Origin: an uncultured candidate division Zixibacteria bacterium
GTDB lineage: Bacteria > Zixibacteria > MSB-5A5 > UBA10806
Length of the DNA: 64,000 bases
Assembly: GCA_963817915.1 (NCBI GenBank)
Contig: CAWFQL010000017.1
Coordinates: 384,001 to 448,000 of the forward strand
Reading direction: 5' to 3'
Below, in pieces: positions 10,036 through 19,785 of the stretch (its first letter is position 1; each line of letters opens with the position of its first letter). A program made the translations under genes and the position numbers. The notes below the pieces were generated by a model. The model was given only the letters and a program-made list of their open reading frames with translations, did no database searches and had not been told where the DNA came from.

Positions 10036-10990
10036 ATTAACTGTTCCGAATGACATGGCCGGGGAACGGCTGGATATATTTTGTTCGCGTAAGGTGACCG
10101 ATCGCACGCGCAGCTACTTTACTAAATTAGCAACCGCGGGGCATATTGCCGCCGACGGGAAAATCGCAAAACCGTCTCTAAAAATAAAATCAGGGATGAA
10201 AATCGAAATCGAATTAGTCGCCTCGCCTCCCATCGAGGCCGAGCCTGAAAATATACCGCTTCAAATTATCTATGAAGATGATAGAATTATTATAATCGAT
10301 AAACCGCCCGGCATGGTAGTCCATCCAGCGGCCGGCAATTATGAGGGCACTCTGGTGAATGCACTTTTATATCACCTTGGCAAACCTCTAGAAAATGAGT
10401 TGCCTGCGGAAAGGCTGGGGCTGGTTCATCGGCTCGATAAGGATACATCGGGGCTATTAGTAGTCGCTAAGGACGAACATGCCCTGGCATTCTTGCAGAC
10501 AGAGTTGAAATTTCGAAGGATCAGCCGACAATATACGGCGATTGTTTGGGGGGAGATGGAGCAGTCAAACGGCACCATAGATTTGCCCATTGGCAGATCT
10601 GAACGTGATAGAAAAATAATGACCGTCAATGCTCGTCATGGGCGAGAAGCGGTAACTCATTTTACGGTATTAGAAAAATTTCGACTCGCGTCTTTATTAT
10701 CGATTAAATTAGAGACCGGCCGCACACATCAAATCAGGGTACACCTATCTCATTTCGGCAATCCCGTGCTCGGCGATCCTACCTACGGGGGCCGTTCAAA
10801 ATATGTCAAACGTCTGGCAAAGAATGATCTTGCGTTCGCGGCGAGTCTTCTTGGTATATTATCAAGGCAGGCGCTTCATGCCTGCAGGCTCGAATTGCCT
10901 CATCCCGATGACAAACGGATTTTGGCGTTCGAGTCTCCAATGCCGGATGATATAGTACAGGTCTTGGATTTGCTCCGATCAACACAATGA
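10016..10990 (+). CDS. rluD: RluA/RluD family pseudouridine synthase
   Basis: S4 domain, KPPGMVVHP, HRLDKDTSG, TGRTHQIRVH. Confidence 0.92.
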   Translation: MTHHKLKLTVPNDMAGERLDIFCSRKVTDRTRSYFTKLATAGHIAADGKIAKPSLKIKSGMKIEIELVASPPIEAEPENIPLQIIYEDDRIIIIDKPPGMVVHPAAGNYEGTLVNALLYHLGKPLENELPAERLGLVHRLDKDTSGLLVVAKDEHALAFLQTELKFRRISRQYTAIVWGEMEQSNGTIDLPIGRSERDRKIMTVNARHGREAVTHFTVLEKFRLASLLSIKLETGRTHQIRVHLSHFGNPVLGDPTYGGRSKYVKRLAKNDLAFAASLLGILSRQALHACRLELPHPDDKRILAFESPMPDDIVQVLDLLRSTQ

Positions 10991-13078
10991 AGAAGAACGA
11001 TAAATATGACTTAATATTTCCGATCATCATCGGCATTTTGGCATTGGCAGTAAGATTATCCAATGTTATCTCGATCGGCGCAGAATATTACGCCAATATC
11101 CTTTCCGATGCTTCCACTTATCGGCTCTGGGCGGCAAAATTAGCTGCAGGTTCTTCCTATGGCGACCCGGTATTTCAGATGGGCCCTTTGTACCCATATT
11201 TTCTTTCGCTCTTGCTGAAAATAGGATTAAGTTTCTATTCCATCCTGATATTGCAATCATTGATGGGTACTTTTGTTTCTATCGTATTTACTATTGTCGC
11301 CAAAAGATTGTTCGGGCGACCCGCCGGCTTCATTTCAGGAATTTATGACTGCGTTATTCGCGCCGCTTATCTTCTACGACGGCCTTTTTCTTTCGGAATC
11401 CCTACAGGTATTTCTACTTTCCTTGGGCCTCTTACTTCTGGTGAATAAAGACAAGAAAATTAAATATTATAAGATTATAATTTCCGGCGTATTGATTGGA
11501 CTTGTAGCTCTTGGCCGAGGCACAATTTTATTTTTCCCATTGTTCGTAATCATGTTTTGGTTTTACGGCGGCTTAAGATTAAAGCGAGTAAAGGACAAAA
11601 CCTATATTTCAAAATCTTTTGCGCTCATGGCCGGGCTGGTGATTGGAATCCTGCCCGCTACGATACACAATATCTCCCATGGCGATTTGGTGCTCATATC
11701 ATCCAATAATGGCATTAATTTCTATATAGGGAATAATTCAGGTTCTACAGGCGAATATGATGAACCGCCTGGGCTTAATCTCGCCACAGATTTCACCGGC
11801 CGCAAAGTAGCTGAACAAGAAGAAGGACATGCGCTCAAAGGCTCTGAGGTGTCGTCATTTTGGGTGGAAAAGACTTTCGAGGATATTGCGTCGCATCCAG
11901 CGAGTTTTCTTAAAGGTCTTGTAAATAAATTATGGCTATATTTTTGGTATTTCGATATTCCTCAGGCAGAATCTATCCAACTCCAAAATTTGTTTTCGCC
12001 AGTTTTCAAATTGCCGCTGATAGGCTTCGGCCTAATCCTGATTCTCGGTGCGATCGGGATTTTTTCATCGAGATGGGATGATAACGCACGATTGCTGCTG
12101 CTGCTTCTTTTGTCCAGCATTATTGGGGTAATAATCTTCTTTGTCATAGGCAGATTTCGATTGGTTGGTTCTCTCGTTCTTTTGGTTTTTTCCGGCGCAG
12201 GATTGATATCATTATATCAATCGATCAAAAATCACGAAACAGATAGGATTATCAAATATAGCATACTGGGATTGCTAATTATCTTTATCCTTTTTCTACC
12301 TCGTTCGATAGATAAAAATATCAAGATGGCCTCGGCATATGATAATGTAGGGATATACTACTATTATAAGAATCAGCCCGACGAGGCAATCAAATGGTAC
12401 CGCAAAGCAGTCGCGACTTCCCAATTGCATTCATCGGCCTATAATAATATAGGCGCTTATTTCTATTCAAAGGGCGCCATGGATTCATCGGCCTCGTATT
12501 TCCATCAATCCCTCGCTATTGATTCTACTCAAGACAAAACCTATATGAATCTTGGCAGAATTGCTCTGGATTCAGGACGGCGGGATTCGGCGCTATTTTA
12601 CTATACAATGGCCAAACATTTCGCGCCCTTCGGTGTCGATGCCGATGCCGCAATCAGGCAGCTTAATAATTTGCCGTTAAATGATTCTACCGGAAAGTCT
12701 ATTCCGCACGGGGAATCATTTGAAAGTCTTGTAAATTTGGCGGAGCAATTTTCCGGCAGAGGCCAATTCCAGCAGGCTGAGGCATTTTATAAAAAGGCGT
12801 TGACCATAAAACCAAATGACATTAAAGCGCTGAATAACCTCGGCTTTTCATATCAGGCTCAGAAGAAATTCAGCGATGCCTCTCAAATATTCAATAGAGT
12901 GGTCAATCTTTACCCCGATAATGCTATCGCAATAAATAATCTGGCGGGTACCATATACAGGATGGGCATGAATGATTCCGCGCTGGTTCTTTGGGAAAAA
13001 GCCCTGAAATTGGAGCCCAACAATACACAAATCAAAAATAATTACGACTTTGTCCGAAAACTGAAAAATAATCAATAG
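10987..13078 (+). pseudogene. GT-C (PMT/ArnT, GT39-like) membrane glycosyltransferase with C-terminal TPRs; frameshifted near 11341-11345
   Basis: ORFs 10987-11448 and 11273-13078 join as ...AGFISGI/MTALFAPLIFYDG when one base is removed. Multi-TM N-terminal half, NGINFYIGNN motif, TPRs (AYNNIG, ALNNLG, AINNLA). Probably intact in vivo. Confidence 0.75.
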
Positions 13079-13134
13079 TCTTTTAAAACCAACATACGCT
13101 TGACTGGCAATATTCCCGACATTATATAAGCCCT

Positions 13135-15087
13135 ATGTTTCGAATACTTAGATACGCCCTGACCGCCATTGCTGTTCTCTTGTTAGCTTGTTCAAATAAG
13201 GAATCGAACAGTCTATATCAGCTCATGCAGATGGAAGAACGGGGTCAAATCGATTCCCTGGCAATTACACGACTATTCCCGAGCGAAAATGCCCAAATCA
13301 GGAAAATGGCCGCCCATACCTGCGGTATCGTCAGGGATAATCGCTTCATGAAAAACTTGACGGAGCTTTGCAATGACAATGATTCCGAAGTGAGAATTGC
13401 CGCTATATTTGCCTTAGGCGAAATTAAAGACAGTTCAGCTACCAATAACTTCATGTCCTTACTTAATGAACAAAATGAAGATGTCAAAATTTATGCTATT
13501 CAGGCTCTTGGGAAAATTGGCGTTCAGTCAGGTGCGTTCAGGATTTTGCCGCTATTGCAGGATACCTCGACGGCTGTCGCGTCCGAAGCCTCCCTGGCGC
13601 TCTGGAGATTGGCCGATACATCTGCAATAAATGACATTAGGCCGCTAACATCATCAACGGATTCATATAAACGTTATTGCTCGGTCTACGCACTGTTTCG
13701 ATTGGCGCCCGATTCAAGCATTAATGAATTTGTCCAAGTGCTAAAAACTTCAACTGATGATCAAACTCGTTCGATAGCGGCCCGCGGCCTGGGAGCCGCT
13801 CATAATATGCCCGCAGTTCTACAGGCCTTCGATGAATTTTTCTTTAACGCCGGCAAATTGACCAAGATTGAGCTTATTCGTGCCATGGGTAAACAAAAGA
13901 CCGGCAGATTAAAACTCGAAGCGGTACTGTCTTCTATAAACGACAATGCTATAAAAAGCGAAATCTTGAACGCTCTCGGAGCCATAGGTGATAGATTAAG
14001 CATATTTGCAGTTTCCAAATATATGAATGATTATCCATTGGAAGTGAGACTGGCGGCTATTTCAGCGTTACCCGATATCGCGAAAGAAAAAGCAATCGAG
14101 CCGCTGTCGAGTTTAACATTTGATTCCGTTTGGCAGATCAGGGCCCAGGCGGCTCGATCATTGGGCAAAGTTGGTGGCAGGCTTGCCGAGAAAAAAATGC
14201 GACTGATGATCGAAGATAATGAAGATAGAGTCCGCGCCGCGGTCTTCGAGGGTTTGGGCAATTTCCCTATCGATAGAAATTTGGATTTATTTAAGGCCGC
14301 TTTGATGGGAAGTAAAGACCCTGTGATCAGGGCGATTGCAGCTGATATCTTAGGCTCATCGAAAATTGAACAGGCGTTTTCACTTTTGCATCAGGCATCA
14401 AATGACACGATTACCGATGTCACTGTCTTACGTTCAATAATTTCAGGGATTGGGAATTTTATCGATTCCACCGACAGCAGTCAAAGCGCCATTGAAATAT
14501 TGACTCGATATCTGACGCATTCAAATAGAATCATCCGTCAGGATGCTGCGCAATCGCTTGCAAAATACACGCCTAAGGATTTTGCGCCTGGAGCTTTTGA
14601 TATTAATCTGATTCCCAGCGATTACGATAATATGATTGCTTTAGGTCAAAAATCAATTTCCGCGATTATTAATACTCAGCGGGGCGATATCAAAGTAAAA
14701 CTTGATCCTCTGAATGCCCCGCGAACCGCGGCTAATTTCGTACAATTGGCGAAGCAAAAATTTTATGATGGGCTAATATTTCATCGAGTGGTGCCTGATT
14801 TCGTTATTCAAGGCGGATGTCCTCGCGGCGACGGTTGGGGCGATGCCGGATATATGATTCGCGAGGAAATTAATCCCACGAGATTTAAAAGAGGCACAAT
14901 CGGAATGGCCACATCCGGCCGAGACACGGGCGGTTCGCAATTTTTTATCTGCATTTCCGATCAGCCCCATCTCGATGGACGATATACGACGTTCGGCAAT
15001 GTATCTGATGGCCTCGATGTAGTTGATAATATCGAAATCGGCGATACGATTATTTCGATTAGCATAGAAGAAGGGAGCCTTAAATGA
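13135..15087 (+). CDS. Lipoprotein with HEAT repeats and a C-terminal cyclophilin-type peptidyl-prolyl isomerase
   Basis: LLLAC lipobox; repeated VR..AA.ALG.IG units; FHRVVPDFVIQGG, GGSQFFI, HLDGRYTTFG. Confidence 0.9.
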   Translation: MFRILRYALTAIAVLLLACSNKESNSLYQLMQMEERGQIDSLAITRLFPSENAQIRKMAAHTCGIVRDNRFMKNLTELCNDNDSEVRIAAIFALGEIKDSSATNNFMSLLNEQNEDVKIYAIQALGKIGVQSGAFRILPLLQDTSTAVASEASLALWRLADTSAINDIRPLTSSTDSYKRYCSVYALFRLAPDSSINEFVQVLKTSTDDQTRSIAARGLGAAHNMPAVLQAFDEFFFNAGKLTKIELIRAMGKQKTGRLKLEAVLSSINDNAIKSEILNALGAIGDRLSIFAVSKYMNDYPLEVRLAAISALPDIAKEKAIEPLSSLTFDSVWQIRAQAARSLGKVGGRLAEKKMRLMIEDNEDRVRAAVFEGLGNFPIDRNLDLFKAALMGSKDPVIRAIAADILGSSKIEQAFSLLHQASNDTITDVTVLRSIISGIGNFIDSTDSSQSAIEILTRYLTHSNRIIRQDAAQSLAKYTPKDFAPGAFDINLIPSDYDNMIALGQKSISAIINTQRGDIKVKLDPLNAPRTAANFVQLAKQKFYDGLIFHRVVPDFVIQGGCPRGDGWGDAGYMIREEINPTRFKRGTIGMATSGRDTGGSQFFICISDQPHLDGRYTTFGNVSDGLDVVDNIEIGDTIISISIEEGSLK

Positions 15088-15566
15088 ATTTCGAAGAATA
15101 TGATTTGAAGCTTCCAGACGGCTGCAACGTGATAATTGGTCATTCCCATTTTATTAAAACCGTCGAGGATATTTACGAAACCATGGTGTCGACTGGCCCT
15201 AACGTCAAATTCGGTGTAGCCTTTTCGGAAGCCTCGGGGCCGAGATTGGTGCGTATCGATGGCAATGACGAGGAGCTTATTAAGGCCGCCAGTAATACCC
15301 TCATGGATATCGGATGCGGGCATACTTTCCTGATTTATCTCAAAAACGGTTTTCCCATCAATTTTCTTCCGGCCCTGAGATCGGTACCCGAGATATGCAG
15401 AATTATCTGTGCCACCGCAAACCAATTGAAAATTCTTATTGCCAGAACCGAACTCGGCGGCTCTATTATAGGCGTTGTGGATGGTGCCGCTCCTGTCGGT
15501 ATCGAAAATGAAAATGATATCAAAGCCAGGAAGAAATTTCTGCGGGATATTGGTTATAAGAGATAA
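15084..15566 (+). CDS. Adenosine-specific kinase family (DUF355) protein
   Basis: HFIKTVED, FGVAFSEASG, CATAN, GVVDG, FLRDIGYK. Confidence 0.85.
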   Translation: MNFEEYDLKLPDGCNVIIGHSHFIKTVEDIYETMVSTGPNVKFGVAFSEASGPRLVRIDGNDEELIKAASNTLMDIGCGHTFLIYLKNGFPINFLPALRSVPEICRIICATANQLKILIARTELGGSIIGVVDGAAPVGIENENDIKARKKFLRDIGYKR

Positions 15567-15568
15567 CT

Positions 15569-16558
15569 ATGGTCAGTCTCAATGGCGGCATAAAATTCGG
15601 AGAGCATTTTAGTGTTGATGCCACTGTCAAGAGCCCCTTGGCGATTGTCAGCCATGCGCATTCAGATCATCTCCGCGGGCATGAAAAGATTATCGCGACT
15701 GCTCCGACTCTCGACCTGGCAAGGCTGCAATACAAACGATTTGAAGGGATAAAGCTCGATTATAATACTCCAATCGAAATAGGTCCCGCCAAAATCGAAC
15801 TCGTGCCAGCTGGTCATATTTTGGGTTCTGCTCAGGTCATCATAGATTGGCGGGGTGAACGAGTAGTTTATACCGGCGATTTCAAACTCGAAGAAAATCT
15901 TACCTGTTTGAAGGCCGAAATTCATCATTGCGATGTTCTCTTAATCGATACTACCTATGGCAAGCCGAGATACAATTTCCCCTCGTTTGAAGTTTGCAGA
16001 GAAATGCTTCTTGAATTCGTTGATAAGAATCTCAAAGCCGGAATAACTCCCATCATCCTCGCGTATTCCATTGGTAAATCGCAGGAGGGAATGAAGATTC
16101 TATCCGACGAGGGATTCGAGATCGAAGCGCAAGAGAAGACATATGAAGCCGCCATGATTTATTCTAAACACGGCATTGAGATAAAAGGAATTCACAAATT
16201 TGAGGAAAAACCAACTCGCGGCAGAGTTTTATTTATGTCGCCGGGAAGTATGAGATATACAAATCCCTACGGCTGGGGCCGTTTCAAGACCTGCCTCTTA
16301 TCAGGTTGGGCGCTCGATAGAGCATACGGTTCCCGTGGCGGCAATGGTTTCGGGATTCCATTTTCTGATCATGCTTCATTCGATGATATCGTGCGCTATG
16401 TCGAGACCGCAAAACCAAAAAAAATCTACACGCTTTTCGGCCCGCCCGATATTGCCGAATACCTAAAACGAATCGGATACAAGGCGGAAGAAGCCCATTT
16501 CAATTCCGGTCATTCATTCGGCAAAAAGAATGCGATTAATTTAGAACTATTTTCATGA
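15569..16558 (+). CDS. Metallo-beta-lactamase/beta-CASP fold nuclease
   Basis: SHAHSDH, AGHILGSA, YTGDF, TTYG, SDHA. Confidence 0.85.
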   Translation: MVSLNGGIKFGEHFSVDATVKSPLAIVSHAHSDHLRGHEKIIATAPTLDLARLQYKRFEGIKLDYNTPIEIGPAKIELVPAGHILGSAQVIIDWRGERVVYTGDFKLEENLTCLKAEIHHCDVLLIDTTYGKPRYNFPSFEVCREMLLEFVDKNLKAGITPIILAYSIGKSQEGMKILSDEGFEIEAQEKTYEAAMIYSKHGIEIKGIHKFEEKPTRGRVLFMSPGSMRYTNPYGWGRFKTCLLSGWALDRAYGSRGGNGFGIPFSDHASFDDIVRYVETAKPKKIYTLFGPPDIAEYLKRIGYKAEEAHFNSGHSFGKKNAINLELFS

Positions 16559-17472
16559 ATCCGATAATAATTGCAAAATCGCTTGTTAAAAAATTCGACG
16601 GTCTTACTGCAGTCGATAATATCGATTTTTCAATAAATGAAGGCGAGACATTCGGCTTCTTAGGTCCTAATGGCGCTGGTAAAACAACGACCATGAAAAT
16701 GATCTATTGTTTTGTCCGTCCCACGTCCGGCAATCTTACTATCGATGGTCTCGACGTTATTCAATCGCCGCGACAAATCAAGGCCAGGCTCGGCGTTGTG
16801 CCGCAGGATGATTCCCTTGATCCCGATCTGACTGTATATGGAAATCTAATTACCTATTCTCGTTATCATGAGATTCCCAGAAAAACCGCCATTGAACGAG
16901 CCAATAAATTGCTCGAAATGCTTTCGCTTTCGGAGAAGAGGGACGTTGTAATTGAAGACCTATCCGGCGGCATGAAACGGCGGCTTCTAATTGCCAGAGG
17001 ATTGATTAATAACCCTAAGATACTCATACTCGATGAACCGACTACCGGACTGGATCCACAGGCGCGGCATCTGGTTTGGGATAAGCTAAAAGAATTCAGG
17101 AATTCCGGTATTACTATAATAATTACCACACATTATATGGAAGAGGCCGCCCGGCTATGCGATCGGCTGATTATGATGGATAATGGCAAAATCATCGAAC
17201 AAGGCATTCCGGGCGAATTGGTGAAAAAGCATATAGGCAACGAAGTCCTGGAAATTGATAATGTGAACGACAATCTATATAAGCAGATTGTTTCGCTCCT
17301 CGATAATTCCCAAAATTTTGAACGGCACGGCGATCGCTTATTCGTCTTTTCCGAATCAATCGGAGAATTATCAGTTAAGCTAAAACCTTTGGGGCTTTCG
17401 TCAATATTAGAGAGAAAGGCTGATCTGGAAGACGTATTTCTAAAACTTTCTGGGAGGACTCTAAAAGACTGA
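16555..17472 (+). CDS. ABC-2 transporter ATP-binding protein (NodI/DrrA-like)
   Basis: GPNGAGKT, LSGGMKRR, LDEPTTGLDP. Confidence 0.92.
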   Translation: MNPIIIAKSLVKKFDGLTAVDNIDFSINEGETFGFLGPNGAGKTTTMKMIYCFVRPTSGNLTIDGLDVIQSPRQIKARLGVVPQDDSLDPDLTVYGNLITYSRYHEIPRKTAIERANKLLEMLSLSEKRDVVIEDLSGGMKRRLLIARGLINNPKILILDEPTTGLDPQARHLVWDKLKEFRNSGITIIITTHYMEEAARLCDRLIMMDNGKIIEQGIPGELVKKHIGNEVLEIDNVNDNLYKQIVSLLDNSQNFERHGDRLFVFSESIGELSVKLKPLGLSSILERKADLEDVFLKLSGRTLKD

Positions 17473-17491
17473 GCTTTTTAGAGAAATTGAA

Positions 17492-18268
17492 GTGAATTTA
17501 AATCCTTATCATAATGTCTCACATAGAGCTTTCTATGCCTTTTTGCGTCACCGCGATGTTTTCATGCAGACTATCAAGACTTCACTTATTCCGCCATTTC
17601 TCGATCCGCTTTTTTATCTGGTTGGTATGGGGTATGGTCTTGGCAGCCTGATAAGTCCGATCAAGGGAATGAGCTATGCTGAATTTATCGGCCCGGCGTT
17701 GGTAGCGTCGGTCATAATGACCGCGCCATTTTTCGAATGTACTATCGGCAGCTTCGTCAGAATGGAATTTCAAAAAACATTCGACGCCATGATTTCGACG
17801 CCTTTGTCGATAGAAGACGTAGTCGCGGGAGAAATACTCTACGGCGCGGGCAGAGCCACTTTGCAGGCCACGGCGATATTGATAGTCGTGACGGCATTCG
17901 GTCTGATAAAATCGCCGCTCGCGCTTCTGATTATACCGTTTGCCTTTATATTTGCGCTGGTTTTTGGTTCTATGGCGATGGTATATACTTCATTCATTCC
18001 TGCCATCAATTATGTCGATTTCTTTTTTACACTTGTCATGACTCCGATGTTTATTTTTGCGGGCACATTTTTCCCTGTAAGCCAGCTGCCGTTATGGGCC
18101 CAAAATGTGGCATATTTCATGCCTCTATATCATGTTGTAAATATTACCAGGGCATTATCGGCGGGAAATTTACTCATTATAGGCAAGGATATCATCTGGC
18201 TAATAATCTGCGGCTTATTATTCTTTTCGCTGGCATTATATAGAATGCGCATCCGTCTCATGAAATAA
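17492..18268 (+). CDS. ABC-2 transporter permease (NodJ-like)
   Basis: Six TM segments; Y.EFIGP, GTFFP..LP.W; follows the ATPase. Confidence 0.88.
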   Translation: MNLNPYHNVSHRAFYAFLRHRDVFMQTIKTSLIPPFLDPLFYLVGMGYGLGSLISPIKGMSYAEFIGPALVASVIMTAPFFECTIGSFVRMEFQKTFDAMISTPLSIEDVVAGEILYGAGRATLQATAILIVVTAFGLIKSPLALLIIPFAFIFALVFGSMAMVYTSFIPAINYVDFFFTLVMTPMFIFAGTFFPVSQLPLWAQNVAYFMPLYHVVNITRALSAGNLLIIGKDIIWLIICGLLFFSLALYRMRIRLMK

Positions 18269-18343
18269 TTTACCCGTTAACAAGTTATCGCTATTAATTC
18301 AATGTTATCAAATATAAAATTATGCCCGATTTAATAAAAATAG

Positions 18344-18372
18344 TTGACAATAACAAAATAGGCTATTATTAT
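18344..18372 (+). promoter_or_regulatory. Putative sigma70 promoter for glmM-glmS
   Basis: TTGACA-17 nt-TATTAT. Confidence 0.65.
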
Positions 18373-18423
18373 TGCGCTTGCTCCCCAGGCAATGATATAT
18401 AGTCTATAGATATTGAGGGAATT

Positions 18424-19773
18424 TTGGAAAAATTACTGATTAGCGTGTCGGGTGTCAGAGGGGTAGTCGGGAAAGCATTAACAGCAGATATAGCGCTCCG
18501 TTACGCTTCCGCCTTTGGGACATTTTTAAAGACCGGCAAAGTTGTGATTGGAGGCGATACCCGCCGTACCCATGCGATGATCAAATCGGCCGCGATAGCC
18601 GGACTCCAGGGAACCGGCCATGATGTCGTAGATATTGGGATCGTACCGACTCCCACCGTAGAAATCGCCGTTCGCGATGGCGGTTTTGTTGGTGGAATCG
18701 CGGTGACGGCCAGCCATAATCCAGACCAATATAACGCCTTAAAGCTTATAGGCCCGGGTGGACTTTTCCTTTCAGAGACGCAAGGTTTGAAAGTCCGAAA
18801 TATTTACGAAAAGAATCTCATAAAAAATGTCGGATGGGATAAGGTCGGCACATTGGCCTACGATTTGAGCTGGATCGATTCGCATATTGAGAAGATCATT
18901 TCTTTAGACATCATATCGATCGATCAGATAAAACAGAGCAATTTAAAAGTCGTGGCGGATTGTGTCGGAGGAACCGCCGCAATGATGGCCGCTCGATTTT
19001 TTGATAAAATCGGCGTCTCTCACGAATTGATACATTTCAGAATCGGAGATAAATTCCCCCGCGGCGCGGAGCCAACTCCCGAAAATTTGGTGGATTTATG
19101 CAAGGCCGTTAAGGAATCCGGCGCTGATATTGGGTTTGCATTCGATCCCGATGCCGACAGATTGGCCCTCGTTTCTGATAAAGGTGAGCCTCTCGGAGAG
19201 GAATTCACTCTGGCGCTCGGAGCACGATATATTCTCAGCCGCGTCAAGGGCCCAATCGCAGTAAATCTTTCGAGCTCGATGATAAATGATTTTGTTGCCA
19301 ATGAAGCTGGTGTCAAGATTTACAGGACAAAGGTCGGCGAACGAAATGTCACCGAAAAAATGATGAAAATAGGAGCAGTTGTCGGCGGAGAAGGCAATGG
19401 TGGATTAATATATCCTCGGCTTCATTGGGGCCGAGATGGGTTTCTCGGTGCCGCAGTTATTCTCCAGTATCTTGCCAGCTCAGGGAAAAAAATCAGCGCA
19501 CTCGCGGCGGAACTTCCTTTATATTCGATGGTTAAAAGGAAAATGAATATATCCAAAAAGGAAGTCGACAAAAAAAATAAATCGATAGAAAAGGTATTTC
19601 CTGACGACAAAATAGATAGGCAGGATGGTATCAAAATCGTCGGAAAAGATTGGTGGGTTCAGATCAGATCGTCTAATACGGAGCCAATCGCCCGGCTAAT
19701 GGCCGAGGCCGCAGACAGTACGAAAGCCACCCAACTTATAGGCTCTATTCAGTCAGTTTTTAGAAAAAAGTAG
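18424..19773 (+). CDS. glmM: Phosphoglucosamine mutase (alpha-D-phosphohexomutase)
   Basis: TASHNP, DPDADR, GEGNGG; adjacent to glmS. Confidence 0.88.
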   Translation: MEKLLISVSGVRGVVGKALTADIALRYASAFGTFLKTGKVVIGGDTRRTHAMIKSAAIAGLQGTGHDVVDIGIVPTPTVEIAVRDGGFVGGIAVTASHNPDQYNALKLIGPGGLFLSETQGLKVRNIYEKNLIKNVGWDKVGTLAYDLSWIDSHIEKIISLDIISIDQIKQSNLKVVADCVGGTAAMMAARFFDKIGVSHELIHFRIGDKFPRGAEPTPENLVDLCKAVKESGADIGFAFDPDADRLALVSDKGEPLGEEFTLALGARYILSRVKGPIAVNLSSSMINDFVANEAGVKIYRTKVGERNVTEKMMKIGAVVGGEGNGGLIYPRLHWGRDGFLGAAVILQYLASSGKKISALAAELPLYSMVKRKMNISKKEVDKKNKSIEKVFPDDKIDRQDGIKIVGKDWWVQIRSSNTEPIARLMAEAADSTKATQLIGSIQSVFRKK

Positions 19774-19785
19774 GAGGATAATAAT

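Noticed and set aside
16555..18268. Nod factor export (nodIJ)
   Set aside because: Family resemblance only; no nodABC nearby.
19774..19785. glmS ribozyme
   Set aside because: Only 12 nt lie between glmM and glmS, leaving no room.
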